From contig VXPQ01000053.1 of NCBI GenBank assembly GCA_009839485.1, positions 12,060 to 76,059 of the forward strand: a stretch of 64,000 bases of DNA, in the 5' to 3' direction. The position numbers were made by a program, and so were the translations under genes. Shown piece after piece: positions 1 through 9,880 of this stretch. Under the pieces are notes generated by a model. The model was given only the letters and a program-made list of their open reading frames with translations, was not told where the DNA came from and made no database searches. This DNA is from Bacteroidetes bacterium SB0662_bin_6. Its GTDB lineage: Bacteria > Bacteroidota > Rhodothermia > Rhodothermales > VXPQ01. How positions within the stretch are numbered: position 1 is the first letter of the stretch; each line of letters opens with the position of its first letter.

Positions 1-1037
1 GATAATTTCTCGCCTTCGAGGTTCAGAAATTCATTGGCCGGCACATTATCCTCGAGCACAAACTCCCCGTGCTCCATCAACATGGCCGGAAACATGAGGC
101 AGTGGAATACGATGTTGTCCTTGCCGACGAAGTGTAACAACTTCGTCCCCTCGTCCTGCCAGTACCGCTTCCACGCTTCGGGCTCCCCTTTCGCCGCCGC
201 CCATTCTTTCGTGCCCGAGATATATCCGATGGGGGCATCGAACCACACATAAATCACCTTGCCGCGCGCATCCACGCCGGCCGCCTCCGCCACATCTTCC
301 GGCACCGGCACGCCCCAGGGCACATCGCGCGTAATGGCGCGGTCCCGCAATCCATCCTGAAACCAGCTCCGTATCTGCCCAAGCACATTGGGCTTCCACT
401 CCGGGTGTGTCGCAATCCATGCTTCGAGCTTCGGCTGCAAATCACCCAGCGGCAGGTGCCAGTGTGTGGTTTCACGCAGTTCCGGAACCGCATCCGTCAG
501 AGTGCTTCGGGGATTGCCGAGTTCCGCCGGACTGAGGGACACGCCGCATTGCTCGCACTGATCGCCGTAGGCGCTTTCGTACCCGCACGCCGGACATGTG
601 CCCGTCACGAATCGATCGGCCAGAAAAATCTCTGCCTCCGGGTCGTAGAGTTGTTTTTCGGTCTTTAACCTGAAAAGGCCCTTTTCAGCCAGGCGGCGAA
701 AAAAATCCTGACTGGTTTTTCGATGTACGTCGGAGGTCGTTCGGCCATAGTGGTCGAAACTCATCCCGAAACGCTCGAAACTGTCGCGAATCATGGGGTG
801 ATATTCGTCCACGATATCCTGAGGGGTAATGCCTTCCCGGTGCGCCCGCATCATGATCGCCACCCCGAATTCGTCGGAGCCGCACACGTAGATCACATCC
901 CGCCCCTTCATGCGCTGGTAGCGCGAATAGAGATCGGCCGGTAGATACGCTCCCGCCAGATGACCCAAATGAAGAGGCCCGTTGGCGTACGGGAGTGCCG
1001 AAGTAACAAGAATGCGGTCGAAATCACGCGGGGGCAT
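1..1037 (-). CDS. metG: methionyl-tRNA synthetase, N-terminal ~345 aa (gene continues off the left edge)
   Basis: The frame is open to the window edge, so it is absent from the ORF track. Reverse translation from the ATG at 1037 reads MPPRDFDRILVTSALPYANGPLHLGHLAGAYLPADLYSRYQRMKGRDVIYVCGSDEFG... It has the class-I HLGH motif and a CPACG...CEQCG zinc knuckle. Confidence 0.9.
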   Translation of the reverse strand, partial: MPPRDFDRILVTSALPYANGPLHLGHLAGAYLPADLYSRYQRMKGRDVIYVCGSDEFGVAIMMRAHREGITPQDIVDEYHPMIRDSFERFGMSFDHYGRTTSDVHRKTSQDFFRRLAEKGLFRLKTEKQLYDPEAEIFLADRFVTGTCPACGYESAYGDQCEQCGVSLSPAELGNPRSTLTDAVPELRETTHWHLPLGDLQPKLEAWIATHPEWKPNVLGQIRSWFQDGLRDRAITRDVPWGVPVPEDVAEAAGVDARGKVIYVWFDAPIGYISGTKEWAAAKGEPEAWKRYWQDEGTKLLHFVGKDNIVFHCLMFPAMLMEHGEFVLEDNVPANEFLNLEGEKL

Positions 1038-1118
1038 GGAAGCGATACCATACAGGGCGATTCTGAACGAACGGCATACAGTACGACAGCCCTTGTACGA
1101 TGTTCGGAGGCCGCCGGC

Positions 1119-2084
1119 TTACTTCACGAGCAGCATCGTACGCACAATGGTCTCGTCTCCCGCATGCAAGCGATACACATATACGCCGCTTGGCAAGTCG
1201 CCCGCTCCAAAGCGCACCATATGATGGCCCGCAGCCTTCGATTGATCGACCAGTATCGCTACTTCGTGCCCGAGCAGATTGTACACCGCAAGACGCACGT
1301 CCCCTGCCTTTGGCAATCCATACCGTATCGTCGTCTCCGGATTGAAAGGATTCGGGTAGTTGCCCGAGAGCGTCACCTCGGCCGGCAGTTCCTGGCTTTC
1401 CGTGTGTACATTGGTTCCCTTGAGCTCGAACGAAAGCATCGCCATGGGTTCGTCGGAGAACGGGCTCATTCCCTTGATACTCGTGATCGTTCCTCGAGGA
1501 TTGGTGGCGGGATTGCTTAACGAGAACCCGTTCCCGTCCTCGGTCCCGGCGTCGTACGGAAACAGATCGACTTCACGCTCCGACCGCCACTGGCCCTGAC
1601 CATCCAGCAGGGACAAGCCGGAAACGCCGACGAACCAGTCCGGACTGGGGCCGATCATCGACAGCAGGGTGAACAGCGGACGATCGCTTGTGACCTCGAT
1701 ATCGAACGTGGCTTTAGAGGTTCCCGTGCCGCCGATGCTTTGCTTGACGAGAGAAGCATTCGCCCCTGCCGCAGCGACTTCGGATTCGAAGGTCCCCGTG
1801 ACGCCCAGTTCCGCCACCGACTCAACGCCGGCAGTAGCCGTGCCGCCGGACTCCCAGAACGTCACCATGTCGTTGTGCACCGCACCGACCAGCCTGGTAA
1901 AGTGTGCGCTACTCACCACCCCACCGGGGGTGCTGTCGGTGGTCCAGTTGCCCTGGAACGTCACCGTATAGGTAGCGGAAGTCGTCTGCGCCTGCACCGG
2001 AGTCATCGTCATCAGCGCAATGAGCGCTGCCAGCAAGCCCATTGTAATGCGGATGAACGGGTAAGCAGACATCATAGCAGGCAT
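1119..2084 (-). CDS. secreted spondin-N-like domain protein with T9SS C-terminal sorting domain
   Basis: Track ORF is 1119..2231. Start moved to ATG 2084, which gives a signal peptide (MPAMMSAYPFIRITMGLLAALIALMTMTPVQAQ). The core (TYTVTFQGNWT...GPSPDWFVG...) resembles the spondin N-terminal domain. The C-terminal ~80 aa (NYPNPFNPETTIRY...GVYVYRL...) is Por/T9SS CTD-like. Confidence 0.75.
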   Translation of the reverse strand: MPAMMSAYPFIRITMGLLAALIALMTMTPVQAQTTSATYTVTFQGNWTTDSTPGGVVSSAHFTRLVGAVHNDMVTFWESGGTATAGVESVAELGVTGTFESEVAAAGANASLVKQSIGGTGTSKATFDIEVTSDRPLFTLLSMIGPSPDWFVGVSGLSLLDGQGQWRSEREVDLFPYDAGTEDGNGFSLSNPATNPRGTITSIKGMSPFSDEPMAMLSFELKGTNVHTESQELPAEVTLSGNYPNPFNPETTIRYGLPKAGDVRLAVYNLLGHEVAILVDQSKAAGHHMVRFGAGDLPSGVYVYRLHAGDETIVRTMLLVK

Positions 2085-2245
2085 GCGATTTTCCGGACGC
2101 CGGGAAATGAACCAGGGTGTAGCCATGACCGGTACCAAGCAGAAAGGCAACAAGGAAAATGTTGCGCAAGCGAACAATTTTGCACGTATAGCATACAGTA
2201 CGCCGACCTGAACCTGATGTTCGACGCTCAACTACCCCTGTCGCC

Positions 2246-2854
2246 ATGTCCTCATCCGGCGATTTCGACGCGCGTAGCGCCTCCGTGGTCCGCGAAACCT
2301 CGGAAACCAGCGTACGCATCGAGCTACGGCTCGATCAGGCGGAAACGTACAAGAATGAAACAGGCATCGGGTTTCTGGACCACATGCTCGATCTGTTCGC
2401 AAAACACGGAGGATTCGGGCTGCAAACCTTCTGTGACGGCGATTTGCATGTAGACGAGCACCACACCGTCGAGGATGTGGCCATCTCGCTGGGAGACGCT
2501 TTTCGGGAAGCGCTGGGCGACAAAGCTTTCATTCGCCGCTTCGGGCACGCATACGTACCGATGGACGACGCCCTTGCCCGGGCGACCATTGATTTGTCCG
2601 GGCGCTTTTATCTGCATTACCAGGCAGATTTCGACCGTGATCGGGTGGGAGACCTTTCCGTCGAGATGGTCGAGCACTTCTGGCACGCGTTCGCCGAACA
2701 TGCCCGATGCAACCTGCATATCGAAGCGCTCTACGGAAAAAATGCGCACCACAAGATAGAGGCAATCTTCAAGGCGGTTTCCCGCGCCCTGCGGGACGCT
2801 GTCTGCAGGGATCCGTCTTTCGCCAGGATGCCATCCACCAAGGGGTCCCTCTAA
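2246..2854 (+). CDS. hisB: imidazoleglycerol-phosphate dehydratase (monofunctional)
   Basis: GIGFLDHMLDLFAKHG, DEHHTVEDVAISLG and NAHHKIEAIFKAVSRALR are typical IGPD motifs. ATG start at 2246. Confidence 0.95.
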   Translation: MSSSGDFDARSASVVRETSETSVRIELRLDQAETYKNETGIGFLDHMLDLFAKHGGFGLQTFCDGDLHVDEHHTVEDVAISLGDAFREALGDKAFIRRFGHAYVPMDDALARATIDLSGRFYLHYQADFDRDRVGDLSVEMVEHFWHAFAEHARCNLHIEALYGKNAHHKIEAIFKAVSRALRDAVCRDPSFARMPSTKGSL

Positions 2855-2941
2855 CCCCGGCGGATCGTCTCCGGCGACAGTCTGCATCCCGTTACCTGCT
2901 CCAGCGCAACGCTATCACGCTTTAATCCGACGCTTTCACCC

Positions 2942-3760
2942 ATGCTTCAGAACGAAACCGTCACGGTCATTGGCGCCGGGAATATCGGCCGCGCACTCAT
3001 AGGCGGCCTTATCGAGGGCCATGAGTTCGAACCGGCTCAGTTGCGCGCCACGCGCCGTACCGAAACAGCGCTTAAAACCCTGCAAAAGGACTTCCCCGGT
3101 ATCTCTACGACCAGTGACAACCCTGCCGCTGTACAGGGAGCGACCATGGTCATTCTTGCCGTGAAGCCACAAAACTTCGCAGGAGTCATCAAGGAAATAA
3201 AGGATAACGTGCATCCCGAAACGCTGGTTATCTCCGTACTCGCCGGCATTACCACCCACGCCCTGGAAGAAGCATTCGGCCAGAAAAACCCTGTGGTCCG
3301 CACCATGCCCAACACCCCTGCTATCGTGGACGAGGCAGCCTCGGCTATTGCGGGCGGGCAGTTCGCCGAGCCGAAGCATCTGGAACTCGCCAAACACATC
3401 TTCCAGGCCGTCGGCACAGTCGAAGTCGTTCCCGAATACATGATGGATGCAATAACGGGATTGTCAGGCAGCGGTCCTGCCTACGTATATATGTTCATCG
3501 AGGCGCTCACTGATGCGGGGGTCAAGCAGGGCCTGCCCCGGCCCACTGCATTTCGGCTGGCATCGCAGACCGTATACGGCGCGGCCAAACTGGTCCGGGA
3601 TACAGGCAAGCACCCGGCCATCCTGCGCGACGAGGTTACGACCCCGGGGGGAACAGCCATTGCGGCGGTTGCGGAACTTGAGGCGCACGGCATACGCACC
3701 ATGCTGATCAACGCGGTGGCCACGGCTTCCGAGCGTTCCGCGGAATTGAGTGGGGAATAA
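2942..3760 (+). CDS. proC: pyrroline-5-carboxylate reductase
   Basis: VIGAGNIGRAL Rossmann motif, VKPQ, RTMPNTPA, LSGSGPAYVYMFIEAL and TTPGGTAIA motifs. Confidence 0.93.
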   Translation: MLQNETVTVIGAGNIGRALIGGLIEGHEFEPAQLRATRRTETALKTLQKDFPGISTTSDNPAAVQGATMVILAVKPQNFAGVIKEIKDNVHPETLVISVLAGITTHALEEAFGQKNPVVRTMPNTPAIVDEAASAIAGGQFAEPKHLELAKHIFQAVGTVEVVPEYMMDAITGLSGSGPAYVYMFIEALTDAGVKQGLPRPTAFRLASQTVYGAAKLVRDTGKHPAILRDEVTTPGGTAIAAVAELEAHGIRTMLINAVATASERSAELSGE

Positions 3761-3761
3761 C

Positions 3762-4403
3762 ATGATTGCGATTGTCGATTACGGAATCGGCAACCTGCGG
3801 TCTATCGAAAAAGCGTTCGAGGCCGTGGGGGCTGATGTCGTTCGGTCGGATCGTCGGGAAGATATTCGCGCCGCCGACAAGGTAGTCCTGCCGGGCGTGG
3901 GGGCTTTCGGAGCCTGTATCGACGAAATACGCCGGAAAAAGCTGGAAGAGCCGATCCTTGGCGCAATCAGGGAGGGCAAACCCTTCCTCGGTGTATGTGT
4001 GGGTATGCAACTTCTCTTCGAATCAAGTGAAGAGATGGGCCAGCATAAAGGACTGGGGGTTTTACCGGGCCGCGTACTGCACTTTGCAACGGCATGCAAA
4101 ACCGCTCTGTACAAGGAATCCCCGGAAGACCCATTGAAAATCCCGCACATGGGCTGGAATACCGTGGACCAGCAGCGCGAAGACCCGCTTTTTCGCGGTC
4201 TGCCTTCTCAACCGTACTTTTATTTTGTGCATTCCTATGCAGCGGCGCCGACCACTGCATCCGACATGCTGGCAAGCTGCCGGCATGGGGTTGCCTTTCC
4301 GGCCATTGTACAGCGAAACAATGTATACGGGGTCCAGTTTCACCCCGAGAAAAGCCAGGCAAACGGCCTGCGTATCCTGCAGAATTTTGCAGAATCGGTA
4401 TAG
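3762..4403 (+). CDS. hisH: imidazole glycerol phosphate synthase, glutamine amidotransferase subunit
   Basis: MIAIVDYGIGNLRS, GVCVGMQLLF (Cys nucleophile) and VQFHPEKS. Track start 3750 is a GTG inside proC. The ATG at 3762 sits 1 nt after the proC stop. Confidence 0.93.
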   Translation: MIAIVDYGIGNLRSIEKAFEAVGADVVRSDRREDIRAADKVVLPGVGAFGACIDEIRRKKLEEPILGAIREGKPFLGVCVGMQLLFESSEEMGQHKGLGVLPGRVLHFATACKTALYKESPEDPLKIPHMGWNTVDQQREDPLFRGLPSQPYFYFVHSYAAAPTTASDMLASCRHGVAFPAIVQRNNVYGVQFHPEKSQANGLRILQNFAESV

Positions 4404-4459
4404 CGCCCAGGCTTAAAGCCCGGGCACAAACTTGCGCACAGATCCGTGCAGCATAGCGA

Positions 4460-4497
4460 ACGGGCGGAAGCTGACGGCTTTCCGCCCGTAGTTTTTG
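4460..4497 (+). terminator. terminator-like hairpin in the hisH-hisA spacer
   Basis: ACGGGCGGAA (4460-4469) pairs perfectly with TTCCGCCCGT (4480-4489) around a 10-nt loop, followed by AGTTTTTG. It lies in a 134-nt gap inside the his cluster. Confidence 0.4.
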
Positions 4498-4537
4498 CAC
4501 GAGCGCCCCGCGTAGAGCCATTCAAAAACCCTTTGCC

Positions 4538-5338
4538 ATGCTCGTCATTCCGGCCATAGACCTGCGCGGCGGAAAATGCGTGCGGTTATACCAGGGCTCG
4601 TATGACAAGGAAACGGTGTATTTTGAAGACCCCGTCAAAATGGCCAAGTTGTGGCGCGTTCAGAACGCACGCACGCTGCATGTGGTCGATCTGGATGCAG
4701 CCCGCGGGGATCGTTCGCCCAATCGAGAGGTGATCCGCGCCATATGCAAGGAACTGGATATCCCGATACAACTGGGCGGCGGCATCCGTACCATGGAGGA
4801 TATTGAAGAAGCTGTCGGGTTGGGAGTGTATCGGGTGATTCTCGGTACTGCGGCGGTGCGGGATCCCGACCTCGTTTCCGAAGCCGTAGCCCGGTTTTCA
4901 TCCAGCCGGGTCGCCGTGGGAATTGACGCCCGCAACGGGGAAGTCCGTATAGAGGGATGGCTCGAAGGCAGCGGGCTCGACGCCGTGGCCATGGCGCAAG
5001 ACATGGAAGATCGGGGAGTGCGGCGTATCGTGTATACGGATATCGGACGGGACGGTACCCTGAAAGGCCCCAACCTCAGCGCCTACCGGACGCTCGGCGA
5101 AAAACTTCATCATGCACGCATAACAGCCTCGGGTGGTGTGGGAGGCTATGCGGATCTGGTCCGACTCCAGGAGCTTGCTTTGCACAGGGTGGATTCGATC
5201 ATCATCGGACGTGCGCTCTACGAAAATCGTTTTCCGTGCCAGCGATTCTGGTGCTGGAATTATAAGCAGGATGTCGATCTCGACCGGTTCTCGACGGCGA
5301 GCATGGCTTCCCGATCCGACAAGAATCCCAACCCCTGA
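4538..5338 (+). CDS. hisA: ProFAR isomerase (1-(5-phosphoribosyl)-5-[(5-phosphoribosylamino)methylideneamino]imidazole-4-carboxamide isomerase)
   Basis: [20 protein letters not shown]... and ASGGVG motifs. The stop overlaps the hisF ATG (TGATG). The C-terminus is about 20-25 aa longer than typical HisA. Confidence 0.93.
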   Translation: MLVIPAIDLRGGKCVRLYQGSYDKETVYFEDPVKMAKLWRVQNARTLHVVDLDAARGDRSPNREVIRAICKELDIPIQLGGGIRTMEDIEEAVGLGVYRVILGTAAVRDPDLVSEAVARFSSSRVAVGIDARNGEVRIEGWLEGSGLDAVAMAQDMEDRGVRRIVYTDIGRDGTLKGPNLSAYRTLGEKLHHARITASGGVGGYADLVRLQELALHRVDSIIIGRALYENRFPCQRFWCWNYKQDVDLDRFSTASMASRSDKNPNP

Positions 5339-6111
5339 TGGCGCTCGCACGACGTATCATTCCCTGTCTGGATGTTGACGAGGGTCGCGTCGTCAAAGGC
5401 GTACGATTCGTGGATATCGTAGATGCCGGCGATCCGGTCGAGCAGGCGCGATTTTACGACGAAGCAGGCGCAGACGAGCTTGTTTTTCTGGACATTACGG
5501 CCACGCACGAAAACCGGGGAATCATGCATGATGTGGTGCGCCGCACCGCCGATCAGGTGTTTATCCCCCTGACGGTCGGGGGCGGACTCCGGACGGTCGA
5601 AGACATGCGGGCCATGCTTCACGCAGGCGCCGACAAGATATCTGTCAACTCTGCAGCCATCCGCGATCCGGATCTGATTTCGCGGGGCGCCGAAGCCTTC
5701 GGGACACAATGCATTGTCGTAGCGATTGACGCCAAACGCACAGGCAAGAGACAATGGGGCGTATATACGCATGGCGGACGTAATCCCGTCGATCTTGACG
5801 CGATCGATTGGGCGGTCGAGGCCGAGCAACGCGGAGCAGGTGAATTACTCGTCACGTCCATGGACTGCGACGGCACGAAGGACGGCTACGACACGGAGTT
5901 GCTCCGCGCCGTTGCCGAAAGTGTATCGGTTCCGGTCATCGCTTCAGGAGGCGCCGGCACACTGGAGCACCTGCACGACGCCCTTGTCCAGGGAAGCGCC
6001 GATGCCGTACTGGCGGCCTCGATTTTCCATTTCAGGGAATATTCCATTGCCGAAGCCAAACGTTTCCTGCACGATCAGGGCGTAGTCGTACGCATGAAGG
6101 AAACGGCATAA
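5338..6111 (+). CDS. hisF: imidazole glycerol phosphate synthase, cyclase subunit
   Basis: [37 protein letters not shown] and ASGGAG motifs. Confidence 0.95.
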   Translation: MALARRIIPCLDVDEGRVVKGVRFVDIVDAGDPVEQARFYDEAGADELVFLDITATHENRGIMHDVVRRTADQVFIPLTVGGGLRTVEDMRAMLHAGADKISVNSAAIRDPDLISRGAEAFGTQCIVVAIDAKRTGKRQWGVYTHGGRNPVDLDAIDWAVEAEQRGAGELLVTSMDCDGTKDGYDTELLRAVAESVSVPVIASGGAGTLEHLHDALVQGSADAVLAASIFHFREYSIAEAKRFLHDQGVVVRMKETA

Positions 6112-6185
6112 CACAGACATACTCCATTCTCCCACCATCACGAACACAAAATATTTTCATAACCATCGCGTTCGCGAAACGACCG

Positions 6186-7355
6186 ATGCTTGCCTGTCAA
6201 AAACATCTCTTTTCGCTTCCGGATCACCTCCACTATCTGAATTGCGCCTTCATGGCCCCCATGGCGCGAAAAGTGGAGGAAGCCGGCATAGCAGGGATCC
6301 GGCAGCGCCGTAATCCCGCCGGGGTAGAGCATGTGGATTTTTTCGAGGGAAGTAACCGACTCAGAACATTGTTCGGACAATTGATCCACGCCCCGTCCGA
6401 TTCCATAGCCATCATTCCCTCTGCTTCGTATGGACTGGCTGCTATTGCCGCCAACCTGCCTGTCGAGCAAGGCGACCGGATCGTGGTGCTGGACGAACAG
6501 TTTCCGAGTAATGTGTATGTCTGGCGCCGAATGGCAGCGGACAAAGGCGCCTCGCTGGAAACCGTCGGTCCCGGTGAGGGGACCGGGAACCGGACTACCC
6601 GATGGAATGAACGCATTCTGGAAGCGATCGACGCGAGGACAGCGATCGTAGCCATGCCCCACATACACTGGATCGACGGTACGATCTTCGACCTCGAGGC
6701 CATTTCCCGACGGACCCACGAGGTAGGAGCAGCCCTGGTCGTGGACGGAACGCAGTCGGTAGGCGCCCTCCCCTTCGATACCGGGCGCATCCGTCCCGAC
6801 GCAGTGATCTGCGCCGGATACAAATGGCTGCTCGGCCCTTACTCGCTCGGACTTGGCTACTATTCCGAACGCTGGCACAACGGGCGGCCCCTCGAGGAAA
6901 ACTGGATATGCCGGGAAAGAAGTGAGGAGTTCGGCAATATCATTGCTTACCGGGACGAATATCATCCGGGCGCCATCCGATTCGATATGGGTGAGCGCAG
7001 TAACTTTGTGCTCGTTCCCATGTTGGCGGCGGCACTTGAAATGGTGCTTAACCTGACGCCGGCAGCCATTCAGGAGTACTGCCGGAACCTGACCCGGCCG
7101 CTTGCAGACTGTGCGGAGGAACTCGGATTTAAACTCGAATCTCCAGCGGGACGGGTACACCATCTGTTCGGGTTACGGACCCGGAAAGGCAATAACGTGG
7201 ATCCTGACCGTCTGCGCGATATTCTTGAACAACGCAACATCTCCGTATCGGTACGGGGAAACGCCATCCGCATCGCGCCCCACGTCTATAACGACGAAGG
7301 AGATATACAAGCGCTGATCGAAGCACTGGAAGCAGCGATGCGGATCAGGACTTGA
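6186..7355 (+). CDS. aminotransferase class V-fold PLP-dependent enzyme (specific function unknown)
   Basis: YLNCAFMAP near the N-terminus and ICAGYKWLLGPYSLG (PLP-lysine region) match the cysteine desulfurase / isopenicillin-N epimerase-like fold family. Confidence 0.8.
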   Translation: MLACQKHLFSLPDHLHYLNCAFMAPMARKVEEAGIAGIRQRRNPAGVEHVDFFEGSNRLRTLFGQLIHAPSDSIAIIPSASYGLAAIAANLPVEQGDRIVVLDEQFPSNVYVWRRMAADKGASLETVGPGEGTGNRTTRWNERILEAIDARTAIVAMPHIHWIDGTIFDLEAISRRTHEVGAALVVDGTQSVGALPFDTGRIRPDAVICAGYKWLLGPYSLGLGYYSERWHNGRPLEENWICRERSEEFGNIIAYRDEYHPGAIRFDMGERSNFVLVPMLAAALEMVLNLTPAAIQEYCRNLTRPLADCAEELGFKLESPAGRVHHLFGLRTRKGNNVDPDRLRDILEQRNISVSVRGNAIRIAPHVYNDEGDIQALIEALEAAMRIRT

Positions 7356-7415
7356 CGGAATACCTCTCAAAAAAGCTGCATTACCGTATGGCCTATCTGC
7401 CGTACAAAAGGTCCC

Positions 7416-8525
7416 ATGCGTAACCGCCTCGTTTACACAGGAAGCCTTGTACTTGCGGCGCTACTGCTGTATCTGGCATTGCGAGGAGTCGATATAAGCG
7501 CAATGGCGGATGCTCTTCGCACGGCGAATTATGCATGGATCCCTGTTCTTGTCGCGGTTATGCTGCTTGGCAATCTGGTACGGGCCTGGCGATGGCAACT
7601 CCTCATCGAAGCGCTCCCTGAAATCACCCATGGACAAGCCGATCATGCAGAAACAGATGTCGACGCACCCGGACTCCCAGGAATAAAACCCATCTTTTAC
7701 TCGGTAATGATCGGCTATATGGTCAACTTTGCGGTGCCGAGGCTGGGCGAAGTCGCGCGAACCGCCAATCTCTCCGCGCAGACCCGCCTGCGCTTCAGCA
7801 GCTTGCTGGGTACCGTCGTAACGGAACGCATCCTCGACGTGGTTGTGCTGGGGATAGGCCTGGGCAGTGTCTTTCTCCTGATGACAGGTCGTGCAGCTAT
7901 ACTGGGCGACATCCTGATTGCGCCGGTCGCCGAACAACTTGATCGAATTTCCCTGACAGCCGTCATTCTGATCGCCTTTACCATTGCCCTGGCCGCTTTC
8001 CTCCTCTACAGATTCCTCTCGGGGATGTCCGAAAACTCCCGCAAAGGCGACGGATCCAGCGGAAAACATTCCCTGAAACCACGCCTGAGAACAGCCTTCA
8101 AGGCGTTTCGGGAAGGAATGACCACAATCCTGCATGCACCCGGCAAACAACGCATCGTATGGAGCACGGCTATCATGTGGTTTCTTTACCTGCTGATGGC
8201 CTATATCCCCTTCCTGATGCTGAATACGGCAGGAATCTATAATCTGTCCTTGCTTGACGGATGGATCATCATGATATTCGGTGCGGTCGGCATCCTCGTT
8301 CCCTTGCCCGGAGGGACGGGCTCTTATCATTATATTACGATCCAGGCGCTCGTCTATCTTTTCGCCTTCAGCCATGAAGCCGCCGCAACCTACGCCGTGC
8401 TCTGCCATGCTGCTCAGCTTGTGTTGCACGTTTCCGTCGGAGGGCTATGTGTGGTCCTCCAGGGATCGAAGATACCTTCCCTGCGCGCATCTGCATATTC
8501 CGCGCCGGAGAAGCGGGGATTATGA
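7416..8525 (+). CDS. flippase-like / lysylphosphatidylglycerol-synthase TM-region family membrane protein (UPF0104-like)
   Basis: Multi-pass hydrophobic protein. The N-terminus (LALRGVDISAMADALRTANYAWIPVLVAVMLLGNLVRAWRWQLL) is typical of this family. Confidence 0.7.
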   Translation: MRNRLVYTGSLVLAALLLYLALRGVDISAMADALRTANYAWIPVLVAVMLLGNLVRAWRWQLLIEALPEITHGQADHAETDVDAPGLPGIKPIFYSVMIGYMVNFAVPRLGEVARTANLSAQTRLRFSSLLGTVVTERILDVVVLGIGLGSVFLLMTGRAAILGDILIAPVAEQLDRISLTAVILIAFTIALAAFLLYRFLSGMSENSRKGDGSSGKHSLKPRLRTAFKAFREGMTTILHAPGKQRIVWSTAIMWFLYLLMAYIPFLMLNTAGIYNLSLLDGWIIMIFGAVGILVPLPGGTGSYHYITIQALVYLFAFSHEAAATYAVLCHAAQLVLHVSVGGLCVVLQGSKIPSLRASAYSAPEKRGL

Positions 8526-8544
8526 AGTCATACCGATCGTATCC

Positions 8545-9798
8545 ATGCCCCTTTTCGGCATGATTCGCACCTGGGTCGCTTTCCTCACGCGCTGGATATT
8601 CCCGGCGGGGGCACTTCTGTGGATCTGGGGAACAAGTCCGGAATCGACGCACGCCATGCAGGCGCAAGAACGTCCCGGGTGTATCGTCCTTTCTCATACC
8701 GGATCGGACACGATGCAGTATGCTCAGAACCTCTGGATGCCCATTGTCCGTGCAGCTACAGGCATAGACGTTTTCGAGATCGCAAACGCCTGGCTATATC
8801 GCCCCTTGTTCGCCATCCGATACAAAATCGACGGCCAGGTGCTGCGCGTACATATCGAGGAAATTCAGGAAAACAGACGTACCCCGGCGGTCTATCCCAT
8901 CGTCCTTACCCTCGAAGCCGGTGCGCTCGGAACCACGGAGCGCTTCGAGGTGACACTGAACGGGCGAATTGAAGAGTTTGCCCTGCCCTTCCCATACCGG
9001 CCGCGCTTCGTTGCGGTCTACCCGGAAACGCGAGGGGTCATGGAAAGCCGGATCAGCCAGCCGGCAGCGGGTTGGATCGCCCAGTTGCGCCATGCATCCC
9101 TGCCGGAAGCGCGGTTCGCCGCAGCACAAGCGTTACGTTCCCTTCCGCCCGATCCCGCACTGATGCTCGGGCTGAGAAACGCATTTGACGAAGAATCAGA
9201 CGTACGGGTGCGGACAGCTATTGTGCAGTCCATGGCGCACCTTGCTTCCGGCGGAGCCGCCGACCGGGCGCTCGCCGCAGCCTATGAAGACGCCTCGCCG
9301 GATGTTCGAAACGCTGTGCTCGCATCGCTCAGCCAGACGTTATCCAGCCCCGCGTTGATCGCAATGGCATTGCGCGCCGCACAAACCGACACGGATCAGT
9401 CCGTGCAGGCAGAGGCCGTTCGGGCGCTCGCCAAAATGCAGGCGCCCGAGGCGTTACAAGTGGCCCGTTCGGCCCTGATTACCCCTTCCCGAAACGAGAT
9501 CATCCGGATAGCAGGGCTTGATGCACTGGGCACGCTCCATGCATCTACCCATGGAAATGAACCGGAAACGGAGGAAAAAGCACAAGCCGCAACAGATACA
9601 GCACAAACCCTCCAGGAAAACATATCCCCGGAAATACTCGGCGAAGCGCTGACAGAAGGATTGCATTTCGCCGCAATGACATACCCCCTCCGCCTTCGCA
9701 GTGCGGCAAAGCGCCTTTTCCTGCGCATCAGACAAAACGAACCGACAGCGACGTACGGAGCGCCACGCTATCTGCGCGACCTTCATCCTTGTCCCTGA
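8545..9798 (+). CDS. HEAT-repeat protein with M1-aminopeptidase C-terminal-like region, no catalytic domain
   Basis: Track ORF starts at 8281, inside the upstream gene. The ATG at 8545 follows that gene's stop and gives a hydrophobic N-terminus (MPLFGMIRTWVAFLTRWIFPAGALLWIWG). Repeated units of the type ARFAAAQALRSL...DVRVRTAIVQSM...PDVRNAVLASL are HEAT-like. Confidence 0.65.
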   Translation: MPLFGMIRTWVAFLTRWIFPAGALLWIWGTSPESTHAMQAQERPGCIVLSHTGSDTMQYAQNLWMPIVRAATGIDVFEIANAWLYRPLFAIRYKIDGQVLRVHIEEIQENRRTPAVYPIVLTLEAGALGTTERFEVTLNGRIEEFALPFPYRPRFVAVYPETRGVMESRISQPAAGWIAQLRHASLPEARFAAAQALRSLPPDPALMLGLRNAFDEESDVRVRTAIVQSMAHLASGGAADRALAAAYEDASPDVRNAVLASLSQTLSSPALIAMALRAAQTDTDQSVQAEAVRALAKMQAPEALQVARSALITPSRNEIIRIAGLDALGTLHASTHGNEPETEEKAQAATDTAQTLQENISPEILGEALTEGLHFAAMTYPLRLRSAAKRLFLRIRQNEPTATYGAPRYLRDLHPCP

Positions 9799-9880
9799 AA
9801 GGCGCCAAACGCTTCCGGTGACTACGAAACGGCATCCGGAACAGAACCCCTTGTGTGGACCGGAATGGAAACAGTTACCC

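Noticed and set aside
5260-5338. The roughly 25-aa C-terminal extension of HisA ([33 protein letters not shown]), considered as a possible extra domain or frameshift.
   Set aside because: It is short and low in complexity, and it ends in a clean TGATG junction with hisF. There is no evidence of a frameshift. It is probably a lineage-specific tail of no special significance.
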